A stretch of DNA of 64,000 nucleotides from a virus: the IMG/VR virus record IMGVR_UViG_3300037467_001655. One strand, given 5' to 3'. Below, piece after piece: positions 1 through 9,298 of the stretch. The position numbers and the translations under genes are program-made. Under the pieces are notes generated by a model. The model saw nothing but the letters and a program-made list of their open reading frames with translations, made no database searches and had not been told where the DNA came from. The first letter of the stretch is position 1. The number at the start of each line of letters is the position of its first letter.

Positions 1-3000
1 CCTTCTGCAGCTGGAGCATCCACGGCTCCACCGCGCCGCCGGTGGCGAACCGTGGCCGCAGCTGATCGAACAGGCCCTCGGGGCTGACGTTGCCGATGCC
101 CTTGGCTTTCACCGCCGCCCCGTAGGCGTCGAGATTCTGCCGCCCCAGGTCCGTGATGATTCGGCCGTTGTCCCAGGTGAAAGGTATTCCGCGGGCGATC
201 ATGTCGCGGATCGCGTACAAGATGTTCTGTCCACCGGCCGCCAGGACTTCCGCGGCGGTGACGACGTGCTCACCGGTCGACAGCCAGGCCGGTATGGAAT
301 CGGAGGTGCCTGAGCCGGGCCCGAACACCGAACCGCCGCGCGCGAATCCGAGTGTGACGGGATCGAGTTCGCCGACACCGGGCAGGAACTTCGCCACCGT
401 GTTCCAGGCCTTGCGGAGGCCGTCGTTCCAGACGGTGTTGACCAGGAATCGGACCGGGTTCGCGGCGGCGTCGCGCAGACCGTCCCAGATCGAGCGGATT
501 CCATCGACACCGTCCTGGAACCAGCCGCGTACCTTGCGGATCCCGTCGCCGATGGCCGGGAACACGGTGTTGGTCAGCCAGTCGACGCCCTTGCCCAACG
601 AATCGTTCAGATCGCGCCAGTGATCGATGATCCATTGCAGGGCAGGCAGAACGAGTTTCTGGACGACCTCGTTGACGAACCAGGTGAAGCCGTCGATTAG
701 CTTGGTGATGATCGGCAGCAACACGGTGATGATGTCGATCACGCCCGGCATGACCTGCACCGCCAGATCGACCAGTTTCGGCAACAGCGGAATCACCGCC
801 AGCAGGAGATTGGCGAACGCTCCGACGAGTTGAGGCAGGAACGGGGCGAGTTCGGTGAGAGCGTCCGCGAGCGCCTGGCCGAGGGTCATCGCCACCTGCG
901 CCAGCACCGGCGCGAGCTGCTGAATCACCGGCTGCATCTGCTGCGCGAAACTCGCGATCACCGGCGCCAACGCCTGCGCCACAGTGGACAGGGCAGGCGC
1001 GAGAGCCTGGATCGCGACCGATAAATTCTCCGCGATCAGCGGGACGATCGGCGCGAGCGCGGTCAGCAGATCGGCGAACGACTGGGCGAGTGGCCCCATG
1101 GCGGGAGCGAGCGCGTTTACCGCTCCTACCAGGGCATTTCCGACGACCTGAGCTATCTGGGACAGCGGCCCGATCATCGGTGTCAGGGCGGTCATCAGCG
1201 CCGACAGCAGGTTCGAGATCACCGGCAGCACCGGCGCCAGGCCCTTGGCCAGGTCGGAGATGAACGTCCCCAGCTGAGGCAGGATCGGCGTCAGCGCATT
1301 CGCGAACGCCGCGCCCAGCTCGCCGAGCCCCGGGGCCATGTTCACCAGCGCGGTGCCGAGCGAATCGAACAGCGGTCCGAGCGTCGGGAGCACGCGATCG
1401 GAGATGGTCAGCAGCGCGGTGGTGAATCCGCCGAGCAGCGGGCCCACACCCTCCAACGCCTTGTTCAGGCCGTCGAACACCGATGCCAGCTGCCCGGAGG
1501 CGGCCGACTGGGAGAACGCCGCACCGATGCTGTCGCCGATATGCGCGATCGAGGTCCCCAGACCCTGCATGGCCGGGGCCGCGATGTGGACGAAATCGAG
1601 GATGCCTTGCGTGGCTTCGCCTGTGCCGGACCGCAATCCCTTGATCAGGTTCGTCGCGCCGGCGAATGTGTCGTTCAGGCCTTGGATTCCGCGGGCGGAC
1701 CCGACGAAATTCAGGGCTTCCAGGGCTGCGCCGTTGAGTTCGGTAGCAACACCGTTCATCCCGGTTTTCAGCACCGGCAGCACGCGGCCGGCCACATCGG
1801 TCAAGGTGGAGCCGAGGTTCGCGAGCAGCGTGTTTTGGACGGACTTCTGGACGTCCTCGAGCGCGGGTTTCAGCGTGACGAATGCCTTGACCAGCTCCTG
1901 CGCGTTCGGCGCGAGCTTCGACATCGCCTCCGCGTAATCCTGCTGGCTGGCAGTGCCTTTGGCCTGCTCAGCGGCGAGATCGCGGACAGCGTTCGCGGCG
2001 TCGCGGGCAGCGGTCGACGCCTCGTACTGGGCGTCTGCTACCCGCTGCTCGGCTTCCTGCTGGCGGTCCTTCGCCGCCGTGACGGCGTCCGATCCCTCGA
2101 TGCCCTTGGCCTGGGCTTCCGCGTTGTCCTGGGCGGCGCGAGTGTTCTCATCGACCGCACGGTCGTAGTTGAGCTGGGCACGCTCAAGAGCGACCAGATC
2201 CTTTTCGTGCTGCTTCGGATTGAAGATCGAGTCGTTGGCGGCTTTCTGCGCTTCCCGCAGGTCGATCGCCGCTTCCTTCTGCGAAATCGACGCGCCGCGG
2301 GCCCGCAGCATCGAATCCTCGAGATCGCGCCCGGCCTGCCGGTAGGCTCGGCCGACGTCTTCGGCGGCGGTCTGGGCTTCCTTCTGCGCCGACGCCAGCG
2401 AGCGCTGGGCGACTTCGGCGGTGTGCGCCGAATCCTGTACTCGGTCCTGGGCATCCGACAGTGCTTTGGTTTTCGCCGCGGCGTCGGCCGCTTCCTTCGG
2501 CCCCGATTCGGTGGCTTTGTTGGCGGCCTTCAATGCGTCGCCGAGACCGTGCAGACCGGTCGCTGCCGTCGCGATGATCCCGCCGGCCGCTGGCCCGATC
2601 GCCGCCAACGCGACCGCCAACCCGCCCACCAAACCGGTCGCCGCCCCGGCCGCGCCGCCGATACCGGCGACCAGCGCGGTGATCCCGGCCAGCTTCCCGG
2701 TGTTGAGGGCGATGGATCCGATCGCGCCGGACAGCCGTTTGAACGCGGACGTGCTGGCGTCCGCGTCACCACGCAGCCGCCCCGCGCTCGCTGATGCGCC
2801 GGACAGCGACGGCACCCGCAGATCCGGTGTGTTCACCCGCTGTTGCAGCGTCGCCGCCTGCCGCCCCAGCTCGGCGTTGCGTCGCCGCGCGTCCGCTACC
2901 CGCAGCTCGGCAGCCTCGACCCGCTGCGCTGCTCGCTCCTGTTTCAGGGCGTCGGCTTCCGGGTCGCCCTGGGCGGCCTTCACCGCCCGCTTCGCTTCCG

Positions 3001-3634
3001 CGACACGGATTTCGGCAGCCGCCACACGGTCAGCGGCGGCGGTGCGTTTGTCGGCGTTCTCGTCGCCGACGCCGATCGCCGCCGCAGCCTTCTTCGCCGC
3101 CGCAAGCCGGTTCTGGGCGGCCGTCAACTGCTGGGCGGCCTTCTGCTGCCGCAGCAGCTGCTCTTCCGGATCGGGGCCCGACGCCGCAGCGGCCTTGCGT
3201 GCTTCGGCCAGCGCGGTCTGCGCGGCCTTCTCCGCTGCCGCCGATTTCTGCAGTTGCTGGGTGACCTTCTCCAGCTGCGCGGCGGCCCGCTGCCGATCCG
3301 TCGCGACCGTGCGCGCCACCTGCCCGGACACGCGCTGCACGTTCTGCATCTGCTGTTCAGACGCGATGACACGAGCAATGGCCGGCTGGTCGACCTGGAC
3401 CCGAACTTCCTGCACGATCGGGCGGGCCTCGCGTTGCAACTGCTCACGCAGCGCACGCATCTGCTCCGGGGTGCCGGCCGTGTCCAGATCGACTTTGATC
3501 GGGATATCGAGCGGTTTCGCGTCCAGCTGGAGTTGGACCTTGCGCATCGCGCCGATGACGACGCGGGCCAGATCAGCTTCGAACCCTCTGCCATCGGCAG
3601 TAATGGGGATGCGGATTCCGCCCGGCGCAGTCAC
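1..3634 (-). CDS. Tape measure protein, N-terminal part (runs off the window start)
   Basis: GTG at 3634 (MTAPGGIRIPITADGRGFEADLARVVIGAMRKVQLQLD...); frame reads as Ala/Gly-rich helical repeats and is still open at base 2 (...RPRFATGGAVEPWMLQLQK); missing from the ORF track because no stop falls inside the window. Confidence 0.9.
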   Translation of the reverse strand, partial: MTAPGGIRIPITADGRGFEADLARVVIGAMRKVQLQLDAKPLDIPIKVDLDTAGTPEQMRALREQLQREARPIVQEVRVQVDQPAIARVIASEQQMQNVQRVSGQVARTVATDRQRAAAQLEKVTQQLQKSAAAEKAAQTALAEARKAAAASGPDPEEQLLRQQKAAQQLTAAQNRLAAAKKAAAAIGVGDENADKRTAAADRVAAAEIRVAEAKRAVKAAQGDPEADALKQERAAQRVEAAELRVADARRRNAELGRQAATLQQRVNTPDLRVPSLSGASASAGRLRGDADASTSAFKRLSGAIGSIALNTGKLAGITALVAGIGGAAGAATGLVGGLAVALAAIGPAAGGIIATAATGLHGLGDALKAANKATESGPKEAADAAAKTKALSDAQDRVQDSAHTAEVAQRSLASAQKEAQTAAEDVGRAYRQAGRDLEDSMLRARGASISQKEAAIDLREAQKAANDSIFNPKQHEKDLVALERAQLNYDRAVDENTRAAQDNAEAQAKGIEGSDAVTAAKDRQQEAEQRVADAQYEASTAARDAANAVRDLAAEQAKGTASQQDYAEAMSKLAPNAQELVKAFVTLKPALEDVQKSVQNTLLANLGSTLTDVAGRVLPVLKTGMNGVATELNGAALEALNFVGSARGIQGLNDTFAGATNLIKGLRSGTGEATQGILDFVHIAAPAMQGLGTSIAHIGDSIGAAFSQSAASGQLASVFDGLNKALEGVGPLLGGFTTALLTISDRVLPTLGPLFDSLGTALVNMAPGLGELGAAFANALTPILPQLGTFISDLAKGLAPVLPVISNLLSALMTALTPMIGPLSQIAQVVGNALVGAVNALAPAMGPLAQSFADLLTALAPIVPLIAENLSVAIQALAPALSTVAQALAPVIASFAQQMQPVIQQLAPVLAQVAMTLGQALADALTELAPFLPQLVGAFANLLLAVIPLLPKLVDLAVQVMPGVIDIITVLLPIITKLIDGFTWFVNEVVQKLVLPALQWIIDHWRDLNDSLGKGVDWLTNTVFPAIGDGIRKVRGWFQDGVDGIRSIWDGLRDAAANPVRFLVNTVWNDGLRKAWNTVAKFLPGVGELDPVTLGFARGGSVFGPGSGTSDSIPAWLSTGEHVVTAAEVLAAGGQNILYAIRDMIARGIPFTWDNGRIITDLGRQNLDAYGAAVKAKGIGNVSPEGLFDQLRPRFATGGAVEPWMLQLQK

Positions 3635-3661
3635 CCGCGCACAATCACAAACAGGGGTGCA
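3635..3661 (-). promoter_or_regulatory. Putative late promoter (TGCACCCC-N7-GATTGT) upstream of TMP
   Basis: Matches the consensus seen 10 times; -10 hexamer is degenerate. Confidence 0.5.
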
Positions 3662-3670
3662 AACCCCAGG

Positions 3671-4084
3671 TCAGATCATCTTCGCTTTCGCCAGCTCATC
3701 CCGAACAGCGCTCGCCAGGAACGGATTCCCGCGATATCCGGGATGCCACACCCGCCGCGCGAACACCGTGCGCCCGCCGACCTGGAACCGCAACGCCCGA
3801 GCACGCGTGGGCGTGATCGCGTGCGCCCTGGTCGGATCGTGCACGAACCGCGCATACTTCGCCGTCGCGTACGTTTCGGTGAGCACCGTGGCACCGAGGA
3901 CCGTGGTCCGGTCGCCGATCGTGGACCGCAGATGTCCGGACCTCACATTCACCCGGCGTCGCGCTGTCCGGGTCACCGCCCGCCCCAGCTTCCGCATCCT
4001 CGGCGCGGCCTGCTGCGCCGCCTGCTCCCCGGCGTGCGCGGGTGGGATGAAGTACGACCCCCGGGGCCGAACCTTGATCGTCAC
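3671..4084 (-). CDS. HK97 gp10-like tail/neck component
   Basis: GTG start overlapping the upstream stop; motifs VRSGHLRSTI, YARFVH, VFARRVWHPGYRGNPFLASA are typical of this family. Confidence 0.75.
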   Translation of the reverse strand: MTIKVRPRGSYFIPPAHAGEQAAQQAAPRMRKLGRAVTRTARRRVNVRSGHLRSTIGDRTTVLGATVLTETYATAKYARFVHDPTRAHAITPTRARALRFQVGGRTVFARRVWHPGYRGNPFLASAVRDELAKAKMI

Positions 4085-4272
4085 TCGCCGTCCCTTGCGC
4101 GCCGACGTTTCCGCGCGGGGGCGGCGGGTTCGTCGTCGTGGTGCCAGTCGACCACCTTCACGATCCCCGAGCGGAGCAGGCCGCGAAGCTGGTCGGTCAT
4201 CTCCACCGTGTACCGCTTGCCTCGCGCGCACACGTCGGAATTGATGACACCTTCGATGGTGACTTTCGCCAT
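4081..4272 (-). CDS. Small hypothetical virion-module protein (63 aa)
   Basis: ATG at 4272 (MAKVTIEGVINSD...), coupled to both neighbours. Confidence 0.7.
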   Translation of the reverse strand: MAKVTIEGVINSDVCARGKRYTVEMTDQLRGLLRSGIVKVVDWHHDDEPAAPARKRRRARDGE

Positions 4273-4796
4273 TACTGCTGTCCTCCTGCGATTTCCGCGT
4301 GCGCGAGCTGCGTCCACGCGATGACCAAACCTTCCGGCCCGAACGGCTCACCCGGCCCGAGCGCTGCGCTGCCGACCCTGCCCGCGGCTTCCGCATCACC
4401 CATCGCCGCGCACAGCGCGAGGTCGATGCGCCAGGCGTCGTCCCACTGGACCGCCGCCAGCTGCTCGAGTTCCGCGGCGTCCGCGTCGACCGGGTGACAG
4501 CGCGCGATACCGGCCTCGATGGTGATGGCCTTCTGCGCCCCGCAGTCGGCGGTGACCGATTCGGTGGGGAATTCGGTTGTGCGCCAGCGCCGCACCAGCC
4601 GCACCCAGATGTAGGGGCCGCAGTCGTCGCAGCTGTCGGAGTTGGTGCCCACCCATTCCGGGATGATGCCGGTATCGCCAGCCAGGATGTACACGGTGTC
4701 GGTTCCGCCGCCGAGCGGAGGCGCCGACGCATCCGGGGCGAACACCTGCCGCAGCCGCGTCACCGCGAGCCCGATCACGGTCGCTACGGGATCCAT
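4272..4796 (-). CDS. Putative tail terminator/neck protein
   Basis: ATG 4796 (MDPVATVIGL...); position after the adaptor; WVRLVRRWRT and IEAGIARC motifs as in cluster-B-like phages. Confidence 0.6.
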   Translation of the reverse strand: MDPVATVIGLAVTRLRQVFAPDASAPPLGGGTDTVYILAGDTGIIPEWVGTNSDSCDDCGPYIWVRLVRRWRTTEFPTESVTADCGAQKAITIEAGIARCHPVDADAAELEQLAAVQWDDAWRIDLALCAAMGDAEAAGRVGSAALGPGEPFGPEGLVIAWTQLAHAEIAGGQQ

Positions 4797-5536
4797 CAGG
4801 CACCACCCCGGTAATCCGGAGACAGCACAGCGGGCGGGGCGGCCAGCCGGTGCGGATTCACCGCCGTAATCCACAGGTCCACTTCCGGGATCCCCGTCTG
4901 GAAGTTCTCGAACAACGCGGTCGGGTCGGCGATCTTCATCGACACCCCCTGCCGGGACACCGATTCCACGCCACGCGGGAGCCGGCATTTCTCGCCCCGG
5001 CACAACTTCCAGAACTCCAGCGCCAACGCGCCCACCGCGGCGGCGGCCCCGGCGGGCGGCGGGTAGCCCTGGAGGAATTCGACGCTCCAGGTGCCGGGGG
5101 AGCCGGCCGGGCGTGACAGGTCCTGACTGGGCCACTGCCCGGATGCCGCGTAGAGCTGGTCGCCTTCGAGCACCCATGCACTGGAATCGACTGTCGCGCC
5201 GTCGATCTTCACTTCGGTCACCGAGCACACCGGCCCCGGCAGATGCACCACACCCGGCCCGCCGACCGTGCAGGTGGGGCCGCACGCGCACGCGATGTTC
5301 TGCCACACCCCGGCGTCGAGCACCGGATACCAGGCGTAGCCGGGGATCCAGAACAGGTGGTGCTCACGCTGTTGCGGGCACGGCCGCACGATGAGCGGGC
5401 AGCACCCGTACTGGCGGCCCGTGAACGACCACAGCACGGTCACCGCGGCGTCCACGGCGGCCTGCAACCGGGCGGTGTCCTCCGGCGACGTGACGTCGGG
5501 GAGACAGGTGTAGGAGACCGGCCAGGTGCAGGACAT
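4796..5536 (-). CDS. Head-to-tail adaptor
   Basis: MSCTWPV..., ELAxEF-like LALEFWKLC.G..CRLP, VSRQGVSM, TGIPEVDLWITAVNP motifs. Confidence 0.8.
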   Translation of the reverse strand: MSCTWPVSYTCLPDVTSPEDTARLQAAVDAAVTVLWSFTGRQYGCCPLIVRPCPQQREHHLFWIPGYAWYPVLDAGVWQNIACACGPTCTVGGPGVVHLPGPVCSVTEVKIDGATVDSSAWVLEGDQLYAASGQWPSQDLSRPAGSPGTWSVEFLQGYPPPAGAAAAVGALALEFWKLCRGEKCRLPRGVESVSRQGVSMKIADPTALFENFQTGIPEVDLWITAVNPHRLAAPPAVLSPDYRGGA

Positions 5537-5564
5537 GACGCGGACCGTAGGCCGAAGGGGTGCA
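5537..5564 (-). promoter_or_regulatory. Putative leaderless late promoter TGCACCCC-N7-TACGGT-N7-ATG
   Basis: Read directly upstream of ATG 5536. Confidence 0.7.
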
Positions 5565-5569
5565 GGGCC

Positions 5570-5968
5570 TTACGGCCCGTAGATTCCGTTGCGCGGGTAG
5601 GTCGTGACCGGCGGCATGTCCGCGCCCTCCACAAGGAAGATCGGGTCGGTGGAGGAGGTGACCGGCGCCAGGGACAGCCAGAAGAAGAATCCGTTGGCGT
5701 TGAACGGGATCGCGCCTTCCCGCCCCGAATCCACCGGCAGATAGTTCGGCGGGACCGTGGGGATGCCGCCGCCCGGGGCGCTCGGCAATTCGCCCTGCCG
5801 AATCAGCCACACGCCACCGGCCGCTGGTCCCGGCGAGCTGACCCAGTAGGTCGCGACCTTGCCGTCGCCGATGTCTTCGGCCCACACCATCCGATGGCCC
5901 GCGTCCGGACCCGGGAGAGCGGTCCACGATGCGCTCGGAACAATGTCGAATCGACTCATAGTCGTCAT
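5570..5968 (-). CDS. Hypothetical protein (132 aa), virion module
   Basis: Clean ORF between the SGNH gene and the adaptor. Confidence 0.65.
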   Translation of the reverse strand: MTTMSRFDIVPSASWTALPGPDAGHRMVWAEDIGDGKVATYWVSSPGPAAGGVWLIRQGELPSAPGGGIPTVPPNYLPVDSGREGAIPFNANGFFFWLSLAPVTSSTDPIFLVEGADMPPVTTYPRNGIYGP

Positions 5969-5995
5969 CAGGGAAAACCTTTCTGATCTGTGCTG

Positions 5996-7231
5996 TTACG
6001 GCAGCATCGTTGCCAGCTCGGTCGCCATACGGCGGTGCCCGAGCCAGGACGGGTGGATGGTGTCGCAGGTGTAATCCGGCCACAGCGCGGTGCTCGACGC
6101 GCCCCGCATCGCGCCGGCGAAGTCGATGACCGCGGTGCAGAACGACGGTTTCAGCGACAGCCAGTCGTTGTAGGCGGCGCGCACCGTGTCGCCGGTGGTG
6201 GTGCGGGGAATGATCGTGCCCATGTAGACCGGGCCAGTGAAGCTGGCCAGCGTTTGGACACGGCTGATCAGCGTGAGCACTGCGGCCTGCATCGTCGCCA
6301 GGGTTCCGCCGCCGCCGAACGCGTCGTTGGATCCGCCGCTGATCAGTAGCTCATCGATCGGGTATGTGCCCAGGCTGAGACGGTTCCAGATATGCGCGAT
6401 GATCACGTTCGACATGTCCGTCGCGTAGTCCGACAGCTTCCAGCCGGCCAGCGAGATGTTGACCACCAGCCGGTTGTGTTCGGCCGCCCAGAGATACACA
6501 TTGCCGCGATGCAATGGGGTCGGTGCGATGCTGGCGCTGGAGGTGCCGCGACCGCCGCCGATGGGTTCGAAGATGCTGTCGCCGATGACGAAGCACACCT
6601 GGCGGCGGGTGGTGCACTCGTATTCGATCACCCACTCGAACGGTACGAACGTCACCGTTCCGCCCGATCCGGCGACAGTGGGATCGGTGCCGGACGTCGC
6701 GTTGGACCAGGTCCACGCCTTCCCGGCGCCGGTCTGCACGGCCGTGGAGCTGGCGAATGTCCACCCGAACGCCACCAACCATTCCTGGTTCGCGGTGAAC
6801 AGTGCGCCCGCGGTCGTGACCCATGGCGACACGTAGTAGGTGCCGTCGCCGGGGATCGTCTGATCGGTCGACACGATCGTGGTGGCAGCGGAGCCGGTGA
6901 AGCTTCCGGTGTCGGAGGCGTCGCCGGTGCCGGGCAGGCTGTGCTGCCCGACTATCAGCTTTTTCAGCGTGGCAGCCGTTTTCGCTGTCTCGCTGCTGTC
7001 GCGGTTGCGGATCTTGATCCGCCACCGGTTCACGTCGACCGGCAGTTTGACGACGAACCGCGTCGATCCCGCCGTGCCCGCCGACAGGCTGGTCGCGACG
7101 GTGCCGCCCAGGCCGCCGTTGGTGTGCGGCAGGATCATCGTCCGCAGCGGCAACGCCCGTTGCAGCGAATCGCCGTCCGCCAGCTCCTTGACGGTGCCCC
7201 CGTCCAGGACGAGGGGACGACGATCCACCAT
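5996..7231 (-). CDS. Virion-associated SGNH/GDSL hydrolase (esterase) domain protein
   Basis: Blocks GDSI, GGSND and DTIHP in the C-terminal half; beta-rich N-terminal half. Confidence 0.8.
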   Translation of the reverse strand: MVDRRPLVLDGGTVKELADGDSLQRALPLRTMILPHTNGGLGGTVATSLSAGTAGSTRFVVKLPVDVNRWRIKIRNRDSSETAKTAATLKKLIVGQHSLPGTGDASDTGSFTGSAATTIVSTDQTIPGDGTYYVSPWVTTAGALFTANQEWLVAFGWTFASSTAVQTGAGKAWTWSNATSGTDPTVAGSGGTVTFVPFEWVIEYECTTRRQVCFVIGDSIFEPIGGGRGTSSASIAPTPLHRGNVYLWAAEHNRLVVNISLAGWKLSDYATDMSNVIIAHIWNRLSLGTYPIDELLISGGSNDAFGGGGTLATMQAAVLTLISRVQTLASFTGPVYMGTIIPRTTTGDTVRAAYNDWLSLKPSFCTAVIDFAGAMRGASSTALWPDYTCDTIHPSWLGHRRMATELATMLP

Positions 7232-7743
7232 CAGGCCAGCACCACCGGCTGCGCGCCCTCAAAATTGATCGACGTCGCCGAAGTCGCTACGCCGATGCGC
7301 TGCACCACATTCCCCGATCCGCTCGGCGGAGTCGACGTCGCCGTCCCCGCCGTGGTGGCCAGGAAAACCGGGCCAGCGGTGGCCCCAGTGACGGCGGTGT
7401 TGGGACCTTCGAAATACACGGTCGCGTTCGCGCCGCTGGACACCGCAGACAGGACGAAGCCGTGCGCTTCCTTGCCCGCGGTGGTGGCATCGGCCTTACG
7501 CACCTTCGGCCCCGACGAATTCCAGATGTTCACGAAATCGCCGGCGGCCAGGGCTTCGCTGGCGGCGATCACCGCAGTGTCCGCGCCGATCCCGGCGGGC
7601 ATCATCGTCGGATCGAGACGCCCCGACCCGTCCAGCGCGGGAATCTTCCCCGCATCCCCGGCCCCGGCCGACGCCTGCACGGCGGCCTGCTCGGTCAGAT
7701 TCCCTGTCGCCGAGTCGAGCTTGATGTATTTGTTGCCGGCCAT
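7231..7743 (-). CDS. Minor tail/fibre-associated protein (170 aa)
   Basis: ASEALAAGDFVNIW...VRKADA...AHGFVLSAV...VYFEG...VVQRIGVA; ATG overlaps the next gene. Confidence 0.7.
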   Translation of the reverse strand: MAGNKYIKLDSATGNLTEQAAVQASAGAGDAGKIPALDGSGRLDPTMMPAGIGADTAVIAASEALAAGDFVNIWNSSGPKVRKADATTAGKEAHGFVLSAVSSGANATVYFEGPNTAVTGATAGPVFLATTAGTATSTPPSGSGNVVQRIGVATSATSINFEGAQPVVLA

Positions 7744-7752
7744 GCTGGTCTC

Positions 7753-8538
7753 CTAGATAGCGATGCTCGGTGAGCGATCCACGAATACGGTTGTGCCGCT
7801 GGTCGCTGCGGCGATCTGCGCGACGAACAGCGCAGGACTGGTGGGCACGGACTGGGTGAGCGCACCCGCCGCGCCGAGGAAGATCGGGCCCGGCGTCCAC
7901 GACCAGGACGGCTCGGTCAGCTCACCGACCATGACGACGGAGACCGGGTCACCGGATGCTGCTGCGCCCGTGGTGATCCCGATCGGCAGACCGATGTGCC
8001 CGGCCGTCTGGTTGTCGGCGTACACCCACGCCCCCGACGTGTTCCGCACCACCGCCCGATGCCCGGACAGCGCGGTGCCCGCGGTGCCAGTGACGACGAC
8101 CGCGGCACCGCCTTCACCGCTGCCCGGCGGTCCGGCCGGGCCGGGCACCGGGACAGCGACCGCGCCATCGGAGATGCCGGGGACGGCGACGATCCCACCG
8201 AATCCAGCTGACGCGCACCCGGATTCGACGGGGCCTTTCAGCCACACGAACGGCGGACTGTCGGGGTAGTCGAGCCACAGCTCAGCCCACGAGGTCAGCG
8301 GCACCGTCGCCACATCGGCGGCCAGCTCATGCCACGACATGAGCGAACCGGAGATCGTGGCCGGCCATTGCACGTCGAAGCTGGTGCCGCGCGCGGACAG
8401 GTGCAGCCACGCCGACATGCCGGTCGGCCACGGCATCGGCGTGCCGAGCGGCTGCTGCAACTGGACCCGGCCGACGAAGTCGGCGGCCGGGTCGAGTGCG
8501 AGTCGCAGCCGCCCAGCAACAGCACCCAAGGTCAGCAT
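7753..8538 (-). CDS. Minor tail protein: N-terminal beta-sandwich (LtfC/gp6-like) fused to a fibre-associated domain
   Basis: ATG 8538 lies 7 nt after a late -10; LDPAADFV...WPTG...WLKGPV N-terminus; TALSGHRAV...WSWTPGPIFLGAAGALTQ C-terminus. Confidence 0.7.
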   Translation of the reverse strand: MLTLGAVAGRLRLALDPAADFVGRVQLQQPLGTPMPWPTGMSAWLHLSARGTSFDVQWPATISGSLMSWHELAADVATVPLTSWAELWLDYPDSPPFVWLKGPVESGCASAGFGGIVAVPGISDGAVAVPVPGPAGPPGSGEGGAAVVVTGTAGTALSGHRAVVRNTSGAWVYADNQTAGHIGLPIGITTGAAASGDPVSVVMVGELTEPSWSWTPGPIFLGAAGALTQSVPTSPALFVAQIAAATSGTTVFVDRSPSIAI

Positions 8539-8566
8539 GGCGCGCACGGTAGGCGGCTGGGGTGCA
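8539..8566 (-). promoter_or_regulatory. Putative leaderless late promoter TGCACCCC-N7-TACCGT-N7-ATG
   Basis: Consensus match. Confidence 0.7.
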
Positions 8567-8576
8567 GCTCTCGCAT

Positions 8577-8592
8577 TCGAATGTTTGGTCGA
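8577..8592. promoter_or_regulatory. Possible actinobacterial LexA (SOS) box TCGAATGTTTGGTCGA
   Basis: 2 mismatches to TCGAAC-N4-GTTCGA; about 80 bp upstream of a plus-strand small gene. Confidence 0.45.
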
Positions 8593-8669
8593 ATGGGACG
8601 GCGTGTCTTCCTGTCGCTGCTGTCGCGGCAAGACATCCTTGTCGTATGACAGAAACGCGATCCGGTCAC

Positions 8670-8870
8670 ATGGAAGTGCTGGTCCCGACCACGCTGTCGG
8701 GCCGTCAAGTCGACCGCTACATTCGGTCGCAGGTGGAGGCGAAGTTGGCGGAGACCGGTGAGTGGCCGGTGAAGGTGAGCACCCGTGGCGGGTTCGCCCA
8801 CGCGCCGGGCGTGATGCGCTACGGCGTGTCATTCAAGACGGGTCAGCCGAACACCTACGAAATGGACTGA
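8670..8870 (+). CDS. Small hypothetical protein (66 aa), antisense insertion in the tail module
   Basis: ATG 8670 (MEVLVPTTLSGRQVDRYIRSQV...) fills the gap between minus-strand genes. Confidence 0.5.
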   Translation: MEVLVPTTLSGRQVDRYIRSQVEAKLAETGEWPVKVSTRGGFAHAPGVMRYGVSFKTGQPNTYEMD

Positions 8871-8878
8871 CAGCTGGA

Positions 8879-9298
8879 CTATGCGGCATCGATCTGGACG
8901 AATGTCCCCGACGCGGCCATGGTGGCGCCAGTGGCGCTCGCTGCCACCCGCATGTCGATCGTGTCGTTCACGCCCACAACGACACCCGCGATATCGAGGT
9001 TTATGGTGCCGGTGCCGGCGAGTGAGGCGGACTTGATCTGTACGCCGTTGAGGTAGATGTAGCCGGTGATCGTCGCGCTGAAGGTGTTGCCGCTGATCAC
9101 CATCCGCGCGGTGATATTCACGGTTCCGGCCCGGTCCACAACGAGCGCGTTGCTGACGATGTTGGTGGCGGGATATCCGGCGTCGGCGGTCCAGGTCGGC
9201 ACGATCGTCGGCGAGCTGCCCGACAGGCTCTGGTTGCCAGACTTGTTCATCCGCTGCGACGACGGCGGCGACGCACCACCCATGATGGCGAGCAGCAT
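8879..9298 (-). CDS. Minor tail protein (beta-rich, 139 aa)
   Basis: ATG overlaps the upstream stop; QRMNKSG...WTADAGYPAT.IVSNALVV motif of actinophage tail proteins. Confidence 0.75.
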   Translation of the reverse strand: MLLAIMGGASPPSSQRMNKSGNQSLSGSSPTIVPTWTADAGYPATNIVSNALVVDRAGTVNITARMVISGNTFSATITGYIYLNGVQIKSASLAGTGTINLDIAGVVVGVNDTIDMRVAASATGATMAASGTFVQIDAA

